Positions 18,159 to 26,687 of a stretch of DNA of 39,369 nucleotides are shown here, piece after piece. Position 1 is the first letter of the stretch. Each line of letters opens with the position of its first letter. This DNA is from Chlamydiales bacterium (GTDB lineage Bacteria; Chlamydiota; Chlamydiia; Chlamydiales; JBDQID01), in the NCBI GenBank assembly GCA_047611865.1, contig JBLFWS010000008.1:1-39369 (forward strand), read 5' to 3'. Both the position numbers and the translations under genes were made by a program. The notes beneath the pieces were generated by a model. It had not been told where the DNA came from. It saw nothing but the letters and a program-made list of their open reading frames with translations, and searched no databases.

Positions 18159-19142
18159 ATGGGAATTACAGTACCCCCCCCTCCCCATTCCGAGCCATGG
18201 GATCCGGGTGCAGGTAAAAGCGAAGGTCGCTACCGGAGATTAAAAAAGAAAGCTCTTTCTTCCCCCAAAATACAAAACATCACAATCTTATTTCGGGAAA
18301 GAATAAGTCCCAGAGGAAGATCAGAGTCAAAAAGAAGAGATCTTAATGCAAAACATACTGGTGAAGAACCAAGAATCCAACATTTCAGGGAAAGTCTCAA
18401 TTCCCTCGATAATCCTCTTCCCAGCAAAACCTCTCCGGAGTCTACAGCATATCCATCAGATAATGACTCCCCCTCCCGCGAGGCAGGAAAAACTTCTACA
18501 GTCCCCTCTCCCATCGAGGGTGGCTCCCACGAAGCTTCTGTAGCTGATGAGCATGAGTATCAATCACTTGAAAATAATTTCCAGCCTCAAGCTGAGATCA
18601 CACAGGCCGAAGATGTTAAGGTGGAAATCCCTGTAATCATTGGCCCTAAAAGTCCAGAAACTCTTGAAGAAGAACTTTTGAACGAACTTTCAAAAATGGA
18701 AAACTCTGAAATACCTCAAATGCAAATAATTAGATCCTCAATAAATCAAATAATTACCTTTTTTGAAGGAATGGAAGTTTCTTCAGAAAAAGGCCCTGTC
18801 ATACTTAAGCCACGAGCCTTTAGTACTCCTGAATTTTTACAAAAGGATTTTTTACCAAAAAAGCCTATTGACTCAAGCGATATTTTAAGCAAACTTCCAG
18901 AAACTCTCACAGTGGAGAAAACAGATACCCTTTCGACATTACTAAGTAAAATTACCCTTCCAAGATTTGGCCACACAGCACTGACAAAATTAGCGCCTAC
19001 AAAAGTGAACACTTACATCAAGAAAAAATTTTACGGTGATCTTAAAAATATTAAGACCGACTACGAAGTCTTTAAAAACGGTGGAGATGCCGCATCCTTT
19101 GTCAACTCCATGATGACTCGTTACGACATCGCAAAAACCTAG
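18159..19142 (+). CDS. Hypothetical Ser/Pro/Glu-rich protein, candidate secreted effector
   Basis: 327-aa ORF with a purine-rich RBS and a low-complexity N-terminal half; no recognised domain. Confidence 0.7.
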   Translation: MGITVPPPPHSEPWDPGAGKSEGRYRRLKKKALSSPKIQNITILFRERISPRGRSESKRRDLNAKHTGEEPRIQHFRESLNSLDNPLPSKTSPESTAYPSDNDSPSREAGKTSTVPSPIEGGSHEASVADEHEYQSLENNFQPQAEITQAEDVKVEIPVIIGPKSPETLEEELLNELSKMENSEIPQMQIIRSSINQIITFFEGMEVSSEKGPVILKPRAFSTPEFLQKDFLPKKPIDSSDILSKLPETLTVEKTDTLSTLLSKITLPRFGHTALTKLAPTKVNTYIKKKFYGDLKNIKTDYEVFKNGGDAASFVNSMMTRYDIAKT

Positions 19143-19179
19143 TAAAAAGTGTTTACTGTTCTTGCTGAAACCATCCCCA

Positions 19180-21207
19180 TTAAAAAGGCAACAAGGGTTG
19201 AAGAGAATCTTCAGCCTCGGGAAGAGCCCCTACAACTGCGGAAGCAAAGGTATCGTCTTCCCACTTAATAAGAGCATTCCGTATAGTCTTTTCGAACAAA
19301 GCCTTTTTCTCATCCGTATCGTAACGATAAGCAAATCCGACGCAAGGGGTATCGTAGATGTCCAGGTGTGAGGTTGCAAGGTCTAGTGGAGAGAGCAACA
19401 GGCTTTCCACCGCTTTTTGCACCTCTTCTTTATAGGAGGGAACCGCTGCGGTTATCATCATCAGGGAAAATCCCTGCTCTTCACTGACTTTCAAATAATA
19501 ATTCTCGCTTTTGAAGAAACCCTCTTCCAAGGTGTCGAGGAGCATGTGAAATAGAGTTTTCAAGGGCGCCGGCTCAAGTATAGTACGCATGACAACGGGC
19601 GTTAAGGAATAGAAAAAATTTTCCAGCAAGAATTCATTTTGCCTAGCCTCACCCGTCAGAAGGTCTTTTAGAGCACAGAAAAGTTCATTTTGTTTAGAGA
19701 TCATCCCACCATTATAATCACGGAATTCACCAACGATTTCTGTAAGTTCTGAGACAACAGCATGCCTAGCTTTGTATAGGTCAAGAGAGTGATCAGCTCT
19801 TAAAAAAGAAGCTTTGTTTAATCGTACACGAAACACTGTCGCTTCTTTAGGGTATTTATTACGTATGCAACCGACAGTTTTGCAGCGGTCATGCTTGTAA
19901 GAGAGAAAAGTACCTGACGCTTCCACCATATCTTTTATCGGAGAAAGCTTAGGTTTAAGGATTCTTAAGAAAATTACCGTGAAAGACAGTTCCATATCGG
20001 TTTGTTCATCGAAAGAAATCATCACCTGCGGAATATCCCTCAAAAACTTCAGCTGTGAGCTTAGGCTGAGTATATTGCGCATGACCTCTTCTTCATTATA
20101 CGGCATAAAGATCGGATGCATAAGGTGTTCTATGCGACTTTTCAGGTCATGAGAAAGTTCCTGAAGCAGCAGTTTGATCTCTTCGGGAGAAAACTCAGAG
20201 TTATCATCCTTCGCAACTTCTAGATACATCGTATGTATGGTGTCTGTAAGCTTGGTATTTGTGAAGAAGGACCCTATCACTGGGTGGATATTGGGAATAT
20301 AGGCTTTGATGGCTTTTAGGAGGTGTTTTTCTTCTAGAATTTCATTACTTTTTAAGAAGTTAATCCCTACTAAAACTCCCAGGGCAGACTGAATACCGTC
20401 AGGCATATGCAGCCGGGTTCTTAGAAACTTTAGTCTAATGTGTCGTTTATCAGGGGCCTCTTTCAGCTCATTTCGCAGCGCTCGTCGGAATAGATATTGC
20501 GCACAAATAATTCTACTCATATGCCGGGATTCCCGCATAGCTTTAAAGGAATCTCTGCTTATGATATGAAAATGTTGCATTTCTGTTAAAAGGTCGTGAT
20601 CGAAATCCTGTGGACGTGTGTTGATAAGGTTAAGAATTTGCTCCTGCACCATTGCCGTTTTCTCGTCTGCGGAGAGCCCTTTGATGTCGAGAATACGTTG
20701 TGCATGGTATACGGATGCTGTCCCCAAGCGTAATTCAGTTTCCATACTCGGAAGATTTTGTTTGATGATAGCCATATCCATCTTATCTTCCACTCGCATC
20801 TTCAGCTCACACACCGTATAACGTTGGTCGCTTCCATCCACAAAACGAAAGTCTGCGGCAAAAAGCATAACGACATTCAAGCGTTTTCCTGGAATCAACC
20901 AACGACAGTTCATCTCAAATAAAAACTTAAAAGCGTTAGGCCGAAAGTGGCAGACAAGGTAACAGGTAAGATACTCATCTTTACAGATGGACCACATAAC
21001 CTGGGGGAGCGATTCATCGAAAAAAGATATTGTATCCTTAACAGATTGATACCCATTTTCACCTGAAAAGAAACCTTTCGGCAAAATCTTTTTTATAGCA
21101 CTCCGCACCACAGCGTTGTAAAGTTCGGAGCTCTTATTTTCTTCCTCAGGTCCAGAGTCAAAATTCGTAACAATGGAAGGGAAACCATCATCAGGTATTT
21201 CGTTCAT
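19180..21207 (-). CDS. Hypothetical protein (globular, no recognised motif)
   Basis: 675-aa uninterrupted ORF with ordinary globular composition. Confidence 0.8.
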   Translation of the reverse strand: MNEIPDDGFPSIVTNFDSGPEEENKSSELYNAVVRSAIKKILPKGFFSGENGYQSVKDTISFFDESLPQVMWSICKDEYLTCYLVCHFRPNAFKFLFEMNCRWLIPGKRLNVVMLFAADFRFVDGSDQRYTVCELKMRVEDKMDMAIIKQNLPSMETELRLGTASVYHAQRILDIKGLSADEKTAMVQEQILNLINTRPQDFDHDLLTEMQHFHIISRDSFKAMRESRHMSRIICAQYLFRRALRNELKEAPDKRHIRLKFLRTRLHMPDGIQSALGVLVGINFLKSNEILEEKHLLKAIKAYIPNIHPVIGSFFTNTKLTDTIHTMYLEVAKDDNSEFSPEEIKLLLQELSHDLKSRIEHLMHPIFMPYNEEEVMRNILSLSSQLKFLRDIPQVMISFDEQTDMELSFTVIFLRILKPKLSPIKDMVEASGTFLSYKHDRCKTVGCIRNKYPKEATVFRVRLNKASFLRADHSLDLYKARHAVVSELTEIVGEFRDYNGGMISKQNELFCALKDLLTGEARQNEFLLENFFYSLTPVVMRTILEPAPLKTLFHMLLDTLEEGFFKSENYYLKVSEEQGFSLMMITAAVPSYKEEVQKAVESLLLSPLDLATSHLDIYDTPCVGFAYRYDTDEKKALFEKTIRNALIKWEDDTFASAVVGALPEAEDSLQPLLPF

Positions 21208-21792
21208 AGCCTAACCCAGTTTTGTGATTTATATATTGTAACACGATGCCCAGCTTTTCTGCGCTTCAAGTGGCGATTAACCGCCAAGCAATAGTCCAAA
21301 GCTTGTCTTATGATCGGCTTAAAATTCATATTGTATTAAACAATCCTCGCAAACGCCACATATATACGCGTTTTATGCTCTTAAACTCAATATGGGCTAG
21401 TTTGACGCTTGTCCACATTAAGTATAAACAATTTACCCATTCAAAAGTGAACTTGGCCCAAACTACGGAGGGGGGTTCACGGAGCTTTTAAAGCTCTTCT
21501 CTACACTACGTCCCGTATATTTCAACGAAAAAAATCGGAGAAATCTCCTTACTTGAAAAAGTAATGTTGTTTTGTGAACTTCGCACAAACTGGCTAATTG
21601 AATTTTCATGTATCACCTGCACAGGAAGTTTTGTTTGAGTCCTGGGCTTCGCTTGAGAATCGTCCATCTCTCGACCTCTCAATAAAGAATTCACGTCTGC
21701 CTACGCGGTCGCAATTGGCGGAAACTTCAAATATTTATGTACTACAAATTCACATTAACATTAACATTTCCTTAATAATCCAGCAAAGATCT

Positions 21793-22587
21793 TTACTCTT
21801 TATTTTCCTCTTCGTAAGAAGCTTGGGGCCTTGGAACCCCAGTACCCCCTCTTATATAGGTCCCACCCTCTACTGACTTCTCACCTAAATCTTTGAACGT
21901 CACCACTCTTAAGGGAAGTTCATTTTTCTTCGCCAAATGAATGCACCTTTCATGTAAAACTTGCGCTCCACCCTTCACTATACCGATGGCCTTATCATAA
22001 GTGAGCGTCGAATACAGAGTAGCAGAAGCGTTTGAGTGTGGATCTTCAGAAAAAACACCTGGCACATCCTTATAAAACTCTACTAATTCAGCCCTCAGGG
22101 ATACACCAAGAGCTACCGCAGTTGTATCTGACCCGCCTCTTCCAAGAGTTGTAATTTCGGCATTCCTGCTAACTCCTTGAAAACCGGCAACAATTACAAT
22201 CTTTTTATCGTTCAGGTGAGGAAGTATTCGATAGGGATTTACATCAATAATCTTTGCGTTGGTGTGGTCCTGGCAAGTTATGATTCCGCTCTGACTTCCT
22301 GTAAAGCTTGCCGCTTCCTTATCCTTCTTGCCCAGAGCCATTGCAAGAAGAGACATACTTATTCTTTCTCCTACTGAAAGAAGCATATCGCATTCACGAG
22401 GTTGTGGAGAAGTGTTAACCTTTAAAGCCAATTGAATAAGCTGGTCTGTCATCCCTTTCATAGCACTAACTACAACGACAATTCTATCGTAACTCTTACT
22501 CTTTTTTAGAATAATGCTAGCGCAATTGGCGAACAAATCCGGGCTGGCTACGGAAGCTCCTCCAAATTTCATGATAAGAGTGCTCAT
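21793..22587 (-). CDS. lysC: Aspartate kinase, catalytic domain only
   Basis: MKFGGASV, VVVVSAM, VAGFQG, TTLGRGGSDTTA and KDVPGVFSEDP motifs; 264 aa with no ACT domains. Confidence 0.88.
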   Translation of the reverse strand: MSTLIMKFGGASVASPDLFANCASIILKKSKSYDRIVVVVSAMKGMTDQLIQLALKVNTSPQPRECDMLLSVGERISMSLLAMALGKKDKEAASFTGSQSGIITCQDHTNAKIIDVNPYRILPHLNDKKIVIVAGFQGVSRNAEITTLGRGGSDTTAVALGVSLRAELVEFYKDVPGVFSEDPHSNASATLYSTLTYDKAIGIVKGGAQVLHERCIHLAKKNELPLRVVTFKDLGEKSVEGGTYIRGGTGVPRPQASYEEENKE

Positions 22588-22888
22588 TTCTTTTTCCTCA
22601 GGGAACGGGGGTAAGCATGGCTAATGATTTTATTCTCTTAGCACTTTATCTGTGAAGCTTTTTTTTTTATTTTCTATCTAAAAGCATTTTAACAATTTTT
22701 CTTACAAGCCCCTCTAATTTGAAAACACTCCCTAGCGTTAAGTCTAATTTGAGATTGACAAAGACACCTCAAAATAAATCTTGACAGAACAGTCGGGGGC
22801 AAGTTCTTATTTTAGAACTTTACATCCAATTGGATTTCGTAGATAATATCCGCTTTGAAAAGCGTTTATAATAGTTACGAGACTAATA

Positions 22889-23257
22889 ATGTTTGAATTA
22901 GAAAAAACCTTTAAGTTCGAAGCTGCCCACTCCTTAAGCCACCACGATGGAAAGTGCAAGGGCTTACACGGGCATTCCTATATATTAAAGGTGAAAGTTT
23001 CTTCTGAAACACTAGTAGAGTCCGGCCCCAAAACCAATATGGTTATGGATTTCGATGACCTTTCCAAGCTCGTAAAACCTCTACTCGTAAAATATTTTGA
23101 CCACCGCTATTTAAACGACACCCTTGACTGCGACTCCCCTACCGCTGAATTTATAGCCAAATGGACATATGACTTCCTGGAGCCCGAACTTCCTGCTTTA
23201 CAGTCAATTACAATCCAGGAAACTACCACCTCACAAGTCACGTATACTCGGAAATAA
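22889..23257 (+). CDS. queD: 6-carboxy-5,6,7,8-tetrahydropterin synthase
   Basis: FEAAH.L...GKC..LHGHSY, MVMDF, DHRYLN, PTAE and ET motifs. Confidence 0.92.
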   Translation: MFELEKTFKFEAAHSLSHHDGKCKGLHGHSYILKVKVSSETLVESGPKTNMVMDFDDLSKLVKPLLVKYFDHRYLNDTLDCDSPTAEFIAKWTYDFLEPELPALQSITIQETTTSQVTYTRK

Positions 23258-23432
23258 CAAGCATCCTGACGGGTGAAGAGGCAACTTTAAAGGAATGTTT
23301 TAAATGCCTATGCTGAAAGTTAATTTTTTACTAACTATTCACTTTCTTTAGAGCTCTATTTCCTTTGCTTTTTTTGTTTACTTTATGATAAGCTGGCCGA
23401 CTTAGAAGATTAAACTAGGAGTAACCCTTAAA

Positions 23433-25202
23433 ATGTCCAGTAACGCTCAACAAAAGTCCCAATACACCTGGGATGAAAAGAAAACTCTAGACGATATTGC
23501 TTTCCAGCAAGAAGATGCCAACCTATTCCAAAGCTTGCTAGCTGGCATGGATCAGTCTGCTGAAGAAAAAAAACAGTGCATGACCCCCGGAAGCATTCTG
23601 ACAGGAAAGATAGTAGAAATTTCAAAAGACTACGTAGTGGTTGATGTTGGATTGAAATCTGAAGGCCTCGTGCCAATAGAAGAATTCACCGACCTTGCCG
23701 AACTCACTCTTGACACTGAAGTAGAAGTATACCTCGACAGAACTGAAGATGAGAATGGTCAGATCGTTCTTTCTAAAGAGAAAGCTCGTCGCCAGCGTCA
23801 ATGGGAGCATATCCTTGACCATTGCAACGAAGGCTCCATCGTATCCGGTCTTGTTATCAGAAAAGTCAAAGGTGGCTTGATGGTAGACATCGGTATGGAA
23901 GCTTTCCTACCTGGTTCACAAGTAGACAACAAGCGCATCAAAAACCTTGACGATTACCTCGGCAAGACTTTTGATTACAAGATCCTCAAAATCAACATCG
24001 AGCGCAAAAACGTTGTCGTTTCACGTCGTGAACTCTTAGAAGAAGAGCGCGTTTCCAAGAAAGCTGAACTTCTCGAGACAATCCTCGAAGGCGACGTCCG
24101 TAAAGGTGTTGTTAAAAACATCACTGATTTCGGTGTCTTCCTTGATCTTGACGGAATTGATGGTCTCCTCCACATCACAGACATGACATGGAAGCGTATC
24201 AGACATCCTTCTGAAATGGTTGAGCTCGGCCAGGAACTAGAAGTTATGATCCTTAACGTCGACAAAGAAAAAGGTCGAATCGCTCTAGGACTTAAGCAGA
24301 AAGAACAAAATCCTTGGGAACAAATCGAAGCTAAGTACCCACCAGGAACACGCGTCACAGGTAAAATCGTCAACCTCCTCCCTTACGGTGCATTCATCGA
24401 AATCGAGCCAGGTATTGAAGGTCTTATCCACATTTCCGAAATGTCCTGGGTGAAGAATGTTACTGATCCAAGTGACATCGTCACTAAAGGTCAGGAAGTC
24501 GAAGCTGTTGTACTTTCCGTACAAAAAGCTGAAGGCAAGATCTCATTGGGTATCAAGCAAACTGAGCGTAATCCTTGGGATGAAGTAGAAGAAAAATACC
24601 CTGAGGGTAGCAGCGTCCGCGCTGAAATCCGCAGCTTGACAAACTATGGTGCTTTTGTTGAGTTGGAGCCCGGTATTGATGGATTGATCCACATTTCTGA
24701 CTTAAGCTGGATTAAAAAGATTTCACATCCTTCTGAAATGCTGAAGAAAGGCGAAGTCACCGATGCTTTAGTTATTTCTGTGGACAAAGAAAGTAAAAAA
24801 ATTACACTCGGTATCAAGCAGTTGACACCTAATCCTTGGGAAACCATCGAGAAAACTCTTCCTACAAACTCCCTCGTTAAGGGCATTATCACCAAAATCA
24901 CCGCTTTCGGAGCTTTTGTTGAGATGGAAAATGGTATCGAAGGACTCATTCATGTGAATGAACTTTCTGACCAAGCTTTCGGAAAAGTCGAAGATGTCGT
25001 CTCTAAAGGTGAAGAAGTTACTGCAAAGGTCATTAAAATTGACCCTGAGCACAAGAAAATTGCGTTGTCGATCAAAGAATACCTCATTGACCACAACCAA
25101 TGCAATCACGATGATATTGTGACTGCATCAGAGGAAATCGTGACTGAGGAAAGCGAAGATGCTTCTCCTGCACAGTCCGATGACTCCCTAGAACAAGAGT
25201 AA
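23433..25202 (+). CDS. rpsA: 30S ribosomal protein S1
   Basis: Repeated S1 domains ([31 protein letters not shown]); AGGAG RBS. Confidence 0.99.
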   Translation: MSSNAQQKSQYTWDEKKTLDDIAFQQEDANLFQSLLAGMDQSAEEKKQCMTPGSILTGKIVEISKDYVVVDVGLKSEGLVPIEEFTDLAELTLDTEVEVYLDRTEDENGQIVLSKEKARRQRQWEHILDHCNEGSIVSGLVIRKVKGGLMVDIGMEAFLPGSQVDNKRIKNLDDYLGKTFDYKILKINIERKNVVVSRRELLEEERVSKKAELLETILEGDVRKGVVKNITDFGVFLDLDGIDGLLHITDMTWKRIRHPSEMVELGQELEVMILNVDKEKGRIALGLKQKEQNPWEQIEAKYPPGTRVTGKIVNLLPYGAFIEIEPGIEGLIHISEMSWVKNVTDPSDIVTKGQEVEAVVLSVQKAEGKISLGIKQTERNPWDEVEEKYPEGSSVRAEIRSLTNYGAFVELEPGIDGLIHISDLSWIKKISHPSEMLKKGEVTDALVISVDKESKKITLGIKQLTPNPWETIEKTLPTNSLVKGIITKITAFGAFVEMENGIEGLIHVNELSDQAFGKVEDVVSKGEEVTAKVIKIDPEHKKIALSIKEYLIDHNQCNHDDIVTASEEIVTEESEDASPAQSDDSLEQE

Positions 25203-25338
25203 TGGTCTACCCATTGGTTTTGCCCCTATGGGTACCATGAATAACCCTTGTTCGCTGTGATATTTCCCCTAAGGGGGAAACACTCACAGAAGCTTCGCCC
25301 TGACTATTAGAGTTAAGGTGATTTTGGGCTGATTTAGA

Positions 25339-25368
25339 AAAAAACCGAAGGGCAACCTTCGGTTTTTT
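25339..25368 (+). terminator. Intrinsic terminator between rpsA and nusA
   Basis: AAAAAACCGAAGG-GCAA-CCTTCGGTTTTTT: perfect stem, GNRA loop and T-run. Confidence 0.88.
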
Positions 25369-25411
25369 GTGATTATTCCTGAGAGAATTTCATTAAGGAC
25401 ACAAAAGCATT

Positions 25412-26683
25412 ATGAATAAAGATTTAGTCGCTATCTTCGATTACATGGAACGTGAAAAGGGTATCAAAAGAGGAATCGTTATTGGTGCCATTGAGGAATC
25501 TCTGTGCGCGGCAGCAAAAAAAACGATCGACGGCTCTGCCAATGTTTCTGTACACATCAACCCTAAAACGGGAGACATCGAAGTCTTGTGTGAAAAGGAA
25601 ATTGTAGAAGAGCTTGTCACCCCATCCAAAGAAATTCTCCTCGAGGAAGCACAAGAACTCGACCCAGACTGCGAAGTCGGACAATTTCTCGACGTCGTTG
25701 TAAAGGCGCAGGATTTCGGACGCATCGCAGCTCAAAAAGCTCGGCAGATTATCATGCAAAAGTTACGTGGCGCAGAGCGCGATGTAATTTACGAAGAATA
25801 CCGCCATCGAGTCAACGAAATTATATCTGGTACTGTTAAGAGACGCGGGAGAGGTGCAGACCTCATTGTTGACCTTGGAAAGGTCGAGGCTATCCTTCCT
25901 GCCAGAAATTACCCCAAGACCGAACGTTACCACAATGGTGAAAGAGTTCTGGCCCTTCTTCTTGAAGTACAGGATACGGAAAATGGTGGTGCTGAAGTTA
26001 TTTTAACTCGTGCACACCCAGAATTCGTTGCCAGGCTTTTCTCTCAAGAGGTTCCTGAAGTAGAAGACGGTACTGTTACTATCAGTAAAATTGTCCGTGA
26101 CCCAGGTTACCGAACAAAAGTTGTTGTCAAATCATCAGACTCCCGAGTAGATCCTGTTGGAGCTTGTGTAGGAATGCGTGGTTCACGAATCAAGAATATC
26201 ATCCGTGAACTCAACAACGAAAAAATTGATATTATTCCTTTCGCGGAAAATCCTCTTGAACTACTTGCAAACGCAATGTCCCCTATTAACATCAATAAGA
26301 TGTTCATCAATGACGAACAAACGATTGTTTCGATCGTTGTAGATGACGAGGATTTTGCCACTGTCATTGGAAAAAGAGGGATGAACGCCCGACTTAATGG
26401 AGAACTCATAAAAGCTACACTTGAAGTTCAAAAGATCTCCGAACACAAGCGTGCGATGACTCTGCAAAGAAACCAACTCGCAGAATCTGAAGATGAGACT
26501 CTTGATGAAGAGATCAAGCTCGCAGGGCTTAACAAATTAATTTTCGAAAACCTTATTGAGGCGGGATTTACCACGCCACGCAAGGTTCTTATTGCAACGC
26601 CTGAAGAATTATCCTCTGTCCCAGGCATCAGTATTGAGCTTGCCGACAAGATCTTCGAACAAATCAGTAACGAGAGGATATAA
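25412..26683 (+). CDS. nusA: Transcription termination factor NusA
   Basis: FGRIAAQKARQ, RDPGYRTKV, DPVGACVGMRGSR and IGKRGMN motifs. Confidence 0.98.
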   Translation: MNKDLVAIFDYMEREKGIKRGIVIGAIEESLCAAAKKTIDGSANVSVHINPKTGDIEVLCEKEIVEELVTPSKEILLEEAQELDPDCEVGQFLDVVVKAQDFGRIAAQKARQIIMQKLRGAERDVIYEEYRHRVNEIISGTVKRRGRGADLIVDLGKVEAILPARNYPKTERYHNGERVLALLLEVQDTENGGAEVILTRAHPEFVARLFSQEVPEVEDGTVTISKIVRDPGYRTKVVVKSSDSRVDPVGACVGMRGSRIKNIIRELNNEKIDIIPFAENPLELLANAMSPININKMFINDEQTIVSIVVDDEDFATVIGKRGMNARLNGELIKATLEVQKISEHKRAMTLQRNQLAESEDETLDEEIKLAGLNKLIFENLIEAGFTTPRKVLIATPEELSSVPGISIELADKIFEQISNERI

Positions 26684-26687
26684 TACC

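Noticed and set aside
22600..22888. Possible preQ1 riboswitch upstream of queD
   Set aside because: Only a short AAGTTCT/AGAACTT hairpin is present; I could not find the preQ1-I stem plus A-rich tail consensus.
26556..26687. N-terminal extension of the infB ORF in the ORF track
   Set aside because: It overlaps nusA; TTG at 26688 has an RBS and yields the chlamydial-type IF2 start.
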